The position numbers and the translations under genes were made by a program. From positions 35,589 through 99,588 of the forward strand of contig CAYFZH010000001.1 of NCBI GenBank assembly GCA_964347785.1: 64,000 nt of DNA, read 5' to 3'. Positions 9,330 to 17,306 of this stretch are shown piece after piece (positions within the stretch are counted from its first letter, which is position 1; every line of letters begins with the position of its first letter). The notes beneath the pieces are model-generated. The model had not been told where the DNA came from and made no database searches. It saw nothing but the letters and a program-made list of their open reading frames with translations. The DNA comes from an uncultured Candidatus Saccharibacteria bacterium. Lineage in GTDB: Bacteria; Patescibacteriota; Minisyncoccia; Phycocordibacterales; Zambryskibacteraceae.

Positions 9330-9405
9330 GGACGATTAGCTCAGTTGGTTAGAGCGTACGATTCACATTCGTAAGGTCACAGGTTCAATTCCTGTATCGT
9401 CCACC
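9330..9405 (+). tRNA. tRNA-Val (anticodon CAC)
   Basis: Acceptor GGACGAU/AUCGUCC fully paired, D-arm GCUC/GAGC with GG, anticodon loop UUCACAU, and T-loop UUCAAUU. Discriminator A followed by CC. Confidence 0.85.
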
Positions 9406-9440
9406 CAAGGTTTCCCACCTCAATATGTTAGTATTCCAGT

Positions 9441-10124
9441 ATGAAGAAAGTCGCTATATTTGACGTAGATGGGACCATCTTCCGATCGAGTCTACTCATC
9501 GAGCTGGTCAATGTGCTCATAGACAAGAAGCTTTTTCCCGCGGATTCTTACACAGAGTATAACAAGGAGTACTTGGCTTGGATGGATAGGAAGGGGACAT
9601 ACGAGGAGTACATCATGGCGGTGGTGAGAGTCTTTATGAAATATATTGTGGGGATTAGCTACACAGATCTGCAAGAAGTTTCTAGGATCGTGGTGGCACA
9701 TCACGCGGATCGTACATATAGATATACGCGGGACCTGATCAAGGAACTCAAGGAGAAGGACTACTATATCCTCGCCATCTCGCACTCGCCGAAGACAGTC
9801 CTAGACGAGTTCGCGAAGAAGATGGGCTTCGACAAGGTCTACGGTATGCGTTATGAGGTGGACGCAGATGGTAAGTATACGAGTACAATCTTGGACGAAG
9901 AGATCATCAGGAACAAGAACAAGGTTCTCGAGAGAGCAGTAGAGAAGGAGGGTCTCACTCTAGAGGATTCTGTGGGAGTGGGGGATACTGAGTCTGATAT
10001 CAAGTTCTTGAGCATGGTGGCGAAGCCGATCTGCTTCAACCCTAACAGTGGTCTATACAAACATGCGAAGGAAGCAGGCTGGAAGGTGGTCGTAGAGAGG
10101 AAGGATGTGGTTTATGAACTGTAA
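9441..10124 (+). CDS. HAD-superfamily hydrolase (HAD-IB / phosphoserine-phosphatase-like)
   Basis: N-terminal DxD motif (FDVDGTIF) and C-terminal GDTESD motif. An extended -10 (TGTTAGTAT) lies 6 nt upstream of the ATG. Confidence 0.7.
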   Translation: MKKVAIFDVDGTIFRSSLLIELVNVLIDKKLFPADSYTEYNKEYLAWMDRKGTYEEYIMAVVRVFMKYIVGISYTDLQEVSRIVVAHHADRTYRYTRDLIKELKEKDYYILAISHSPKTVLDEFAKKMGFDKVYGMRYEVDADGKYTSTILDEEIIRNKNKVLERAVEKEGLTLEDSVGVGDTESDIKFLSMVAKPICFNPNSGLYKHAKEAGWKVVVERKDVVYEL

Positions 10125-10133
10125 GAGAGATAG

Positions 10134-10161
10134 TTGACTTTATATAAAAATGTGCTAATGT
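10134..10161 (+). promoter_or_regulatory. Sigma-70-like promoter TTGACT-16-TGCTAATGT for the response-regulator gene
   Basis: -35 and extended -10 consensus. SD GGAGGG at about 10185 and a GTG start at 10200. Confidence 0.5.
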
Positions 10162-10199
10162 TTCGTCTGAACAAACAAGCCTTTGGAGGGGCTTAAAAA

Positions 10200-10553
10200 G
10201 TGAAGAGAATCCTCATCGTGGACGACGAAGAAGGGATTCGTGAGATTCTGAGTCGGGTGTTATCGGCTCACCAACTTACGGTGCTTGCAAGTGCCGAGGA
10301 GGCGGTCGTTGAGCTCATGGCGGGGAAACGCTACGATGCCATCATCACCGATGTGGATATGTCTCCAGGCATATCTGGCATCGAGCTTATCCGTATCGCT
10401 CGGGCCAATAATCTTCTGGGTGGGGCGAACATCTTCGTGATGACAGGACTTCCTACCCCGGAGAGGGTCGACTTCTGCGATGAGATCGGGGCTGTGCTTC
10501 TGACAAAGCCGTTCAACATCCAGAGGTTCGCTTCTCTCGTCTCCGGAGTCTAG
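10200..10553 (+). CDS. Single-domain response regulator (CheY-like receiver only)
   Basis: 117 aa with the acidic pocket DDEEG, the phospho-acceptor Asp in ITDVDM, and a conserved T/K (TKPF). No output domain. GTG start. Confidence 0.8.
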   Translation: MKRILIVDDEEGIREILSRVLSAHQLTVLASAEEAVVELMAGKRYDAIITDVDMSPGISGIELIRIARANNLLGGANIFVMTGLPTPERVDFCDEIGAVLLTKPFNIQRFASLVSGV

Positions 10554-10567
10554 CTTCTCCGGCAGTA

Positions 10568-10600
10568 CCCCCACGCGAAGAGTCGCGTGGGGGTCTTATT
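10568..10600 (+). terminator. Rho-independent terminator ccccccacgcga-agag-tcgcgtggggg followed by TCTTATT
   Basis: 11-bp GC-rich stem followed by a T-tract, after the response-regulator gene. Confidence 0.7.
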
Positions 10601-10610
10601 ATATAAAGTT

Positions 10611-10634
10611 AAACCCACCCGTAAGGGTGGGTTT
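10611..10634 (-). terminator. Hairpin aaacccaccc-gtaa-gggtgggttt, terminator for the minus-strand SWIB gene
   Basis: 10-bp stem with U-rich flanks in both directions. It forms a convergent-gene terminator pair with 10568..10600. Confidence 0.55.
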
Positions 10635-10661
10635 AACTAACTTTTGTTCTCGAGTCTTAGA

Positions 10662-10916
10662 TTACTTCAAGTGTCCTGAAGCAAGCTTGGTCATCTCAAA
10701 CATTGTTACCTCCTTCTTGCCGAAGATAGGCATAAGCTTGTCATCAGCGAAGATGTTGCGCTTGTTAGCAGGATTCTGAAGATCGTTCTTCTTGATGTAT
10801 TCCCACATCTTCTTGACGACTTCTCCACGAGGCATAGGACCCTTGCCAACCACGGCTTCAAGCTCTGGTGAGAGGGTCATCGGCTTCATAAGGGCCGCGT
10901 TTGCAGTTCTAACCAT
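10662..10916 (-). CDS. SWIB/MDM2-domain protein
   Basis: 84 aa matching the bacterial SWIB consensus (..LSPELEAVVG..PMPRGEVVKKMWEYIKKNDLQNPANKRNIFADDKL..). Confidence 0.75.
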   Translation of the reverse strand: MVRTANAALMKPMTLSPELEAVVGKGPMPRGEVVKKMWEYIKKNDLQNPANKRNIFADDKLMPIFGKKEVTMFEMTKLASGHLK

Positions 10917-11009
10917 AAATTAATTTAAATTTATTGTAATTAAGTCCTAGTAAACTTGGACGGAGTCCATTATACCATAGAATTATGCATGCTAGAATAG
11001 TGTCAACCT

Positions 11010-11918
11010 ATGTTAGACCTACTGAGCTCCATCTGGCTTACCTTGGTATCGCTTCTTGGACTGAGCCATTTTGTACCAGAAAGAGCTATTTTTTCTTGTT
11101 CTGAACCCATCTCATACTCTATCGGGACCTTCGATAGACGGTTTGGAGTGAGCTTCGAGGATTTCCTCAAGGCTCTACAGGAGGCTGAGGAGATATGGGA
11201 AAGCTCTTCAGGGAAAAATCTTTTTACTTACTCTCCAGAGAATGCCACACTTCCAGTGAATCTGGTCTATGACTACAGACAACAGGTGACACAAGTGCTC
11301 GACGATATCGAGGATACGGTCAAGACAAATGACGTCAGATACAAAGAGCTCCAAGCTCGCTACTTACAGATGAAGAGTTCCTATGAGTCAGCCAAAATTT
11401 CTTATGATTCAAAGGTGGACATCTTTGACCAACACAATAGAGAATACGAACAGGCGGTGAAGGATTGGAACACTGGCCCTAGAGGCTCACGCTCTGAGTT
11501 CGAGGCTCTCGAGAAGAAGCGTGTCGAGTTACAAGCAGAGCTTGTGGTCCTGAAGGAGTCTGAGAAGAAGATCAACGCTCTCGCAGAAGAGATCAACGCT
11601 GTAGTCTCAGAGCTCAACCCCTTGGCCAAGGAACTCAACCTTACTGTCGAGGAGTACAACACTATCGGAGCTTCTCGCGGGGAGACCTTTGCTGGAGGGA
11701 CTTATACACAGGATGAGAGTGGGGAACGTATAGATATCTTCGAGTTCAGTAACCACGATAAGCTGGTGAGACTCTTGGCACATGAGCTCGGGCATGCACT
11801 GGGTCTGGAGCACATCTCAGACTCACAGGCTATTATGTATGAGCTCAATAAGGGTACGGCAGGTAAGGCGACCGAGGCGGATCTCCTCGCGCTCGAAGCA
11901 CTTTGCCAGAGTAAATAA
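11010..11918 (+). CDS. Metzincin-type zinc metallopeptidase (matrixin-like HExxHxxGxxH with Met-turn), N-terminal signal/TM and a central coiled-coil insertion
   Basis: HELGHALGLEH followed by a Met-turn (IMY). A hydrophobic N-terminus and a heptad-repeat region of about 120 aa lie between the N- and C-terminal catalytic segments. Confidence 0.7.
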   Translation: MLDLLSSIWLTLVSLLGLSHFVPERAIFSCSEPISYSIGTFDRRFGVSFEDFLKALQEAEEIWESSSGKNLFTYSPENATLPVNLVYDYRQQVTQVLDDIEDTVKTNDVRYKELQARYLQMKSSYESAKISYDSKVDIFDQHNREYEQAVKDWNTGPRGSRSEFEALEKKRVELQAELVVLKESEKKINALAEEINAVVSELNPLAKELNLTVEEYNTIGASRGETFAGGTYTQDESGERIDIFEFSNHDKLVRLLAHELGHALGLEHISDSQAIMYELNKGTAGKATEADLLALEALCQSK

Positions 11919-11919
11919 T

Positions 11920-12636
11920 ATGAACAAACTAATTTTCCTAGATACAGAGTCCACAGGCAACGAACCTCTCAAGGATCGTCTAGTGCAAGTGTGTTACAAG
12001 GTGGACGGAGTGGTGAGGACAGAATACTTCAAACCACCGATTCTCATGTCGGTGAAGGCGATGAGTGTGACTCACATTACGAACAAGATGCTTGTAGACA
12101 AACCTCCCTTCGAAGGCTCTCTGATGCAGAATGACTTACAGGAACTTCTGAAGGAAGAGGTGCTCGTCGCGCACAATGCTCTCTTCGACATCGCGATGCT
12201 CAAGGCGGACGGAGTCTCGGTGCATAAGTTTATCGACACTCTACGTGTCGCGAGATACTTGGACCCAGACAACAAGATCCCAGAATACAACCTTCAGTTC
12301 CTACGATACTTCTTGGAACTTGAGATAGAGGGTTCTGCTCACGACGCGGAGGGAGATGTGCTGGTGCTTGAGGGGATCTTCAAGAGACTTTTCGCCAAGA
12401 TACGAGAGAGCGAGGAGTCAGATGAGGATACGATAGACAAGATGGTCGAGATCTCGGGTCGCCCAACTCTCTTCAAATATATGATCTTCGGCAAACATAA
12501 GGGTAAGACTATGGAAGAAGTGTTGAAGACGGACAGACGTTACCTAGAGTGGCTCCTGAGTACCAAGCTGGAGAACGAAGAAGGCGAGGAGGATTGGATC
12601 TATACACTGAGGCATTATTTGGAGAAAACAGCCTGA
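11920..12636 (+). CDS. DnaQ-like 3'-5' exonuclease (DEDDh) with a C-terminal FGKHKG..YLEWL extension
   Basis: Exo motifs FLDTESTG, HNALFD and H..D. Its ATG lies 1 nt after the metzincin stop. The ORF-track start at 11782 is an upstream extension. Confidence 0.75.
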   Translation: MNKLIFLDTESTGNEPLKDRLVQVCYKVDGVVRTEYFKPPILMSVKAMSVTHITNKMLVDKPPFEGSLMQNDLQELLKEEVLVAHNALFDIAMLKADGVSVHKFIDTLRVARYLDPDNKIPEYNLQFLRYFLELEIEGSAHDAEGDVLVLEGIFKRLFAKIRESEESDEDTIDKMVEISGRPTLFKYMIFGKHKGKTMEEVLKTDRRYLEWLLSTKLENEEGEEDWIYTLRHYLEKTA

Positions 12637-12653
12637 CTTGGTAATATCAAGAA

Positions 12654-12887
12654 ATGGGAATCAAAGATTTCTTCCTCAAACAAGCTCTGAAGCACAAGAT
12701 GAAGGATGTGCCCGAGGAGCAGAGAGACATGCTTCTCAAGGCTATGGAGGCGCATCCAGACTTCTTCAACAAGATTGGAGAGGAGGTGCAGAGGAGAGTT
12801 AAGGGTGGTCAGAGTGAGATGGTGGCGACACTTGCTGTGATGCGAGAGCATCAGTCAGAGCTTCAGAAGATTATGACCAATAGATAG
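12654..12887 (+). CDS. Hypothetical small helical protein (77 aa)
   Basis: ORF only; charged and helical. Confidence 0.35.
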   Translation: MGIKDFFLKQALKHKMKDVPEEQRDMLLKAMEAHPDFFNKIGEEVQRRVKGGQSEMVATLAVMREHQSELQKIMTNR

Positions 12888-12893
12888 TTTTAT

Positions 12894-13484
12894 ATGTTCT
12901 CAAACAAGAAAAAGAAAATTTTCATATTGCTCGGTCATCCAGACGAAGATAGCTTCAACTGCACGCTCGCAGATGAGTACCAGCGTGGAGCAGAGGAAGC
13001 GGGTCACGAAGTGAGGAGGGTCAATATTTCTGACATGTCCTTCGACCCTATCCTTCACCATGGTTATCGTCTGAAGCAGGAGCTTGAGCCTGACCTCCTC
13101 TCCTTCCAAGAAGATGTGAATTGGTGTGACCACTTCGTCATCTTCTACCCGTCTTGGTGGTCTACTATGCCAGCTCTCCTCAAGGGACTCTTCGACCGAG
13201 TGTGGCTCCCAGGGTTTGCTTACAAGTTTACCAGTGACTTCAGTTGGGAGAAGCTCCTGAAGGGCAAGAGTGCGACTATGGTTATCACTTCAGACACTAT
13301 CCCGCTAGTGCAGAGGATTATCTTCGGCGATACGACCAACGAGCTTAGGAAGGGGATACTTTGGTTCGCGGGGTTCTCTCCTATCCGTGTCTACAAGTTC
13401 GGTTATCTCAAGCACTTCCACTCCACCGGTCGTCGAGAGAGGATTAAGAGAAAAGTATTTAACTACGGTAAGAAAGTAAAATAA
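12894..13484 (+). CDS. Flavodoxin-like NAD(P)H-dependent oxidoreductase (NQO1 / MdaB / general stress protein 14-like)
   Basis: Flavodoxin_2-like motifs (ILLGHP.E.SFN..L, YPSWWSTMPALLKGLFDRVW). Confidence 0.65.
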   Translation: MFSNKKKKIFILLGHPDEDSFNCTLADEYQRGAEEAGHEVRRVNISDMSFDPILHHGYRLKQELEPDLLSFQEDVNWCDHFVIFYPSWWSTMPALLKGLFDRVWLPGFAYKFTSDFSWEKLLKGKSATMVITSDTIPLVQRIIFGDTTNELRKGILWFAGFSPIRVYKFGYLKHFHSTGRRERIKRKVFNYGKKVK

Positions 13485-14497
13485 TGAAAACGAAAGTGAT
13501 CGCAACAATCGGACCCAAGTCCGAGAATGAGTTAGTTTTGTCCAAATTGGTCGAGGCTGGTATCGACGTGGCTCGTATGAACTTCTCTCACTGTACAGAA
13601 GAAGAGTTTATTAAGCGTGTGGAGATTATCCGCCGAGAGAGTGAGCGTCTAGGGAAGAAAGTTTCTATTCTCCAAGATCTCCAAGGTCCTAGGATCCGTG
13701 TAGGGAAGCTCCCAGAAGATGGTCGGGAACTAGAGAAGGGGGAGAAGGTCATTTTCACCGTGGCTCATGAGGAGGAAGGCAAGATCTTCGTCGACGAGGC
13801 GTCACTTATAGAGAGTATCGAGGTGGGGCACCCGATTTTCCTCTCGAGTGGTGAGATGGAGCTTATGGTCATAGAGAAGGGTAGAGAGGAGTTCACTGCG
13901 GAGGTGGTGCGAGGCGGGACACTCTTCTCTAGGAAGGGCGTCAATGTGCCGGAGACTCCGCTCAAGTTCAACGGACTGACAGAGAAGGATCTCAAGGACT
14001 TGGAGTTCGGGCTCTCTCAAGGAGTGGACTATGTGGCGATCTCCTTCGTCCAGTCGGCTGAAGATGTGCGACGTGTACAAGAGATAGTACGAGGTCGTGC
14101 GAGAGTGGTGTCGAAGATCGAGTCCTCTCAAGCTCTGCGTAACATCGACGAGATCATCCGCGAGTCAGACTGCATCATGATCGCTCGAGGAGATCTCGGG
14201 GTCGAGGTACCTATGGAGAGAGTGCCATTTATCCAGAAGAACCTCATCCGCCAAGCTCACTGGCACAACAAGGGTGCGATAGTGGCGACTCAGATGCTTC
14301 TCTCGATGGTCAGCAACAAGAAGCCCACTCGTGCAGAAGTTTCTGACGTGGCAAACGCCGTCCTCGACGGAGCAGATGCGGTGATGCTCTCAGATGAGTC
14401 AGCAGGAGGGCATTACCCTATAGAATCTGTAGAGATGATGATCAAGATTGCTCGCGAGACCGAGCGCATCTTCCATGAGACGGACAATTTGCTCTAA
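13484..14497 (+). CDS. pyk: Pyruvate kinase, short form lacking the C-terminal allosteric domain
   Basis: TKIVATIGP, MIARGDLGVEVP and ATQMLLSM motifs. At 337 aa it is shorter than the typical ~470 aa. The TAATGA start overlaps the upstream gene. Confidence 0.85.
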   Translation: MKTKVIATIGPKSENELVLSKLVEAGIDVARMNFSHCTEEEFIKRVEIIRRESERLGKKVSILQDLQGPRIRVGKLPEDGRELEKGEKVIFTVAHEEEGKIFVDEASLIESIEVGHPIFLSSGEMELMVIEKGREEFTAEVVRGGTLFSRKGVNVPETPLKFNGLTEKDLKDLEFGLSQGVDYVAISFVQSAEDVRRVQEIVRGRARVVSKIESSQALRNIDEIIRESDCIMIARGDLGVEVPMERVPFIQKNLIRQAHWHNKGAIVATQMLLSMVSNKKPTRAEVSDVANAVLDGADAVMLSDESAGGHYPIESVEMMIKIARETERIFHETDNLL

Positions 14498-15018
14498 ACA
14501 ATATTCTTGAGTGCTGAGCCGACGCCGTAGGCGACAGAGGCTGCGATGATACCGATGAGGCACGTCTGGAGAGAGGTCTTCAGACTAGAAGCCCTTGCCA
14601 CTCTGCCTCGGATAAGTCCGATGATAAAGAAGGTGAGCAGTGTGAGAACCGATGCTGTGTAGAATTCATCTCTGATAAGCTCGGGGTAGAAATAACTCAC
14701 GACATAAGAGATGAGTGGTATGGAGCCCACGGTGACAAAGGAGACGAAGGTAGCAACAGCAGTCTTCCAAGGGGAGATAAATGAGTGACCCAAGCTCTTG
14801 TGCTGGTCTTGATGTGACTCCTCGGAGAGATAGTTGGAGGAGGCCATGGAGAAACCGTCTGCGAGGACATTCGAGAACCCGAGGATGAGGACGATAGAGG
14901 AACTGAGGTTCGCTCCTGCCACGCCGGCGATGATGGCGAAGGTGGTGACAGTGCCGTCTATGGAGCCATAAACAAACTCGGGCAAATATTTCCAAAACTT
15001 TTTCAGTATCTTTTGCAT
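14494..15018 (-). CDS. VIT1/CCC1-family membrane protein (iron/manganese transporter-like)
   Basis: N-terminal GSIDGTVTTFAIIAGVAG signature plus TM helices. TATTAT lies 6 nt upstream of the ATG on the minus strand. Confidence 0.7.
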   Translation of the reverse strand: MQKILKKFWKYLPEFVYGSIDGTVTTFAIIAGVAGANLSSSIVLILGFSNVLADGFSMASSNYLSEESHQDQHKSLGHSFISPWKTAVATFVSFVTVGSIPLISYVVSYFYPELIRDEFYTASVLTLLTFFIIGLIRGRVARASSLKTSLQTCLIGIIAASVAYGVGSALKNIV

Positions 15019-15068
15019 TTGGACATAATACTATAAATCTAAGTCAAAATAAGCTACTCTAGAGTCCT

Positions 15069-15890
15069 ATGTCCAAACTTTCTGTCGGCATTGTCGGTCT
15101 ACCAAACGTGGGGAAGTCCACGCTCTTCAACGCGTTGACGAAGAAGGGGGTGCCAGCGGAGAACTACCCCTTCTGCACCATCGACCCTTCGGTCGGTATA
15201 GTGCCCGTACCCGATGAGAGACTCCAGAAACTCTCTGACCTAAGTAAGTCGAAGAAGACTATCCCTGCGGTAGTAGAGTTCGTCGACATCGCAGGGCTCG
15301 TGAAGGGAGCTTCAGAGGGAGAAGGTCTGGGCAACAAGTTCCTTTCACATATCCGCGAGGTGGATGCGATCATCATGATGGTGCGCACCTTCGAGGACTC
15401 AGACATTATCCATGTGCACAACAAGGTGGATCCGCTCTTCGACATTGAGATTATCAAGATGGAGCTCGAGAAGGCGGGGATAGATAAACCGATTCTCTAC
15501 GTGCTCAATGTCTCTGAAGTCAACGGGCAGATCTCACCAGAATTTAAAGATAAGATCCCCGGACCATATCTCGAAGTGGACCCAGTCTTCGGCACCGGAC
15601 TCGACAAACTCATCGTCGAGGCGTACAAACTCCTCGACCTGATCACCTTCTTCACCACAGGAGAGGACGAGTCGAGGGCGTGGACGACTAAGAGGGATGC
15701 CACTGCACCAGAAGCGGGGAAGAGTATCCACACAGACTTCCAAGAGAAGTTTATCCGCGCCCAAGTAGTCTCGTACGAAGATCTCATTGGCAACGGCTCT
15801 ATGACTAAGGCTCGAGAGAAGGGACTCCTGCGTACAGAAGGTCGAGACTACATCGTGCAGGACGGAGATGTCATAGAATTTTTGATATAA
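15069..15890 (+). CDS. ychF: Ribosome-binding ATPase YchF (Obg-like), short form
   Basis: G1 motif [10 protein letters not shown]3 and G4 motifs, and a C-terminal TGS domain. At 273 aa it is shorter than the typical ~363 aa because the central helical insertion is missing. Confidence 0.85.
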   Translation: MSKLSVGIVGLPNVGKSTLFNALTKKGVPAENYPFCTIDPSVGIVPVPDERLQKLSDLSKSKKTIPAVVEFVDIAGLVKGASEGEGLGNKFLSHIREVDAIIMMVRTFEDSDIIHVHNKVDPLFDIEIIKMELEKAGIDKPILYVLNVSEVNGQISPEFKDKIPGPYLEVDPVFGTGLDKLIVEAYKLLDLITFFTTGEDESRAWTTKRDATAPEAGKSIHTDFQEKFIRAQVVSYEDLIGNGSMTKAREKGLLRTEGRDYIVQDGDVIEFLI

Positions 15891-15894
15891 GAAA

Positions 15895-15926
15895 ACCGGT
15901 ATCTCGTCGTGTGACGTGATACCGGC
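15895..15926. terminator. Hairpin accggtatc..gataccgg. A T-tract on the minus-strand side makes it the terminator of the minus operon 15930..16693
   Basis: Inverted repeat seen directly in the sequence. It may also terminate ychF. Confidence 0.5.
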
Positions 15927-15929
15927 TGG

Positions 15930-16166
15930 TCAGTGTTGTGTCGGCTTCTTCTTCTTGCCGATGACAATCTTGACCTTACTTTCACCCTTCGCCCCGACGC
16001 AGTCGGGGCACCCAGAGGAGAACTCGATCTTGGCGTAGAGTACTTCGCCAGACCTCTCCTTCTTGTTGAGTTCCTTGCAGGGCTTTGCGGAGAGGAATCT
16101 TTTGAACTCCTTCTCCGTTAGCTCCCGGACTCGCTTGCACTTCTGACAGAAGGAGTGGTAAGTCAT
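15930..16166 (-). CDS. Small zinc-ribbon protein (78 aa; CxxC..CxxC), lysine-rich C-terminus
   Basis: Four Cys arranged as two CxxC pairs. A 4-nt ATGA overlap couples it to the upstream gene. Confidence 0.5.
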   Translation of the reverse strand: MTYHSFCQKCKRVRELTEKEFKRFLSAKPCKELNKKERSGEVLYAKIEFSSGCPDCVGAKGESKVKIVIGKKKKPTQH

Positions 16167-16645
16167 CGCACTCCTCCTGCCAGTCGCTTCGCCACTTCCG
16201 GAGCGGCGAATGCGATCGCCGCGTCCCGGTAGCTACAGTTGACCACGAGGTCAGCCTTCGCTACCTGCTTCGATGAGTTGATCGTCAGATCGATAGTGAC
16301 GATCTTCCCCTTGAAGCAGAAGAAGCAGTCCACTCCGTGGAAGAAGTCCAGAGGACTCCCCACCGCGGTATAGAACTCGAGCCCTGACCAGTCATCGAGC
16401 CCGAGTGCGAGCGCCACACTTGCGTGCAGGTCACTTGCGAATCTCGGCTCGGGGTCAGACGGGTCCCACGGCTGGTGAGACTTCACTGCCCGGAGGCTCT
16501 GATGGAAAGGAACGTACTGACCGTTCCAACTCACCAGAGCGTGACCGATGACTTCTTCCTCCACTTCCGTGCCGGTCGGGCACGTGGGTCTCCAAGACAT
16601 CTCGCTCTCCTCTCTGGTTGCCGGAATGGCTACTATGTCTATCAT
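16163..16645 (-). CDS. Hypothetical protein (about 160 aa), GC-rich, no recognisable domain
   Basis: GC-rich ORF (about 58%) translationally coupled to the zinc-ribbon ORF. The start is uncertain: the ATG at 16645 is preferred over the GTG at 16693, and no SD was seen. Confidence 0.45.
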   Translation of the reverse strand: MIDIVAIPATREESEMSWRPTCPTGTEVEEEVIGHALVSWNGQYVPFHQSLRAVKSHQPWDPSDPEPRFASDLHASVALALGLDDWSGLEFYTAVGSPLDFFHGVDCFFCFKGKIVTIDLTINSSKQVAKADLVVNCSYRDAAIAFAAPEVAKRLAGGVR

Positions 16646-16741
16646 AGCATATTCTATACCTAATGTCAAGTAGCTAAAACAGCCTATAAACACGGCTTAA
16701 GGTGTGTTACTAAAAGGGTCAAATTTTGCTATATTATCTAT

Positions 16742-17281
16742 ATGAACACATCAAACATCGGCAGGTGGTCTATCATCTTCGGGATTATCATCGTACTCAA
16801 CCTCTTCTTCAACTACGCGATCTCGCTCGCTTACAAGGCTCCTGAGTACGAAGCTTTTTGCCCTACATCTCAAGTAGTAACCCAACCAGACAATCAGAAG
16901 TCCTGTACAGACCAAGGTGGTCAGTGGACAGACAACGCTTACTACTCTAAACCTATGCCAGCTAGTGAGGTAGAACCTCGTGGTTACTGCGACCTCCAGT
17001 ACACCTGTAGGCAGGAGTATGAGACTGCCAACAAGACTTACAATCAGAACGTCTTCATCATCCTCGTCGTCCTCGGCGCACTCTCTGTAGCAGTAGGGAA
17101 CTTCTTCGCCGGTAACGAGATCATCTCGAGCGGGCTCTCTCTCGCAGGTGTACTCTCCTTCGTCATCGCCTCAGTGCGTTACTGGAGTTCGGCAAACGAC
17201 ATCATCCGTCTAGTTATCCTTGCTATTGCTCTCGGACTTCTCTTCTGGGTAGCGATGAAGAAATTTGGTAGTAAGAAGTAA
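16742..17281 (+). CDS. Hypothetical membrane protein (179 aa; N-terminal TM, Cys-containing extracytoplasmic segment, 2-3 C-terminal TM helices)
   Basis: Hydrophobicity pattern. An extended -10 (TGCTATATT) lies 6 nt upstream of the ATG. Confidence 0.5.
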   Translation: MNTSNIGRWSIIFGIIIVLNLFFNYAISLAYKAPEYEAFCPTSQVVTQPDNQKSCTDQGGQWTDNAYYSKPMPASEVEPRGYCDLQYTCRQEYETANKTYNQNVFIILVVLGALSVAVGNFFAGNEIISSGLSLAGVLSFVIASVRYWSSANDIIRLVILAIALGLLFWVAMKKFGSKK

Positions 17282-17306
17282 GGAGTAGGAAGTAAGAATA
17301 ATAAAA

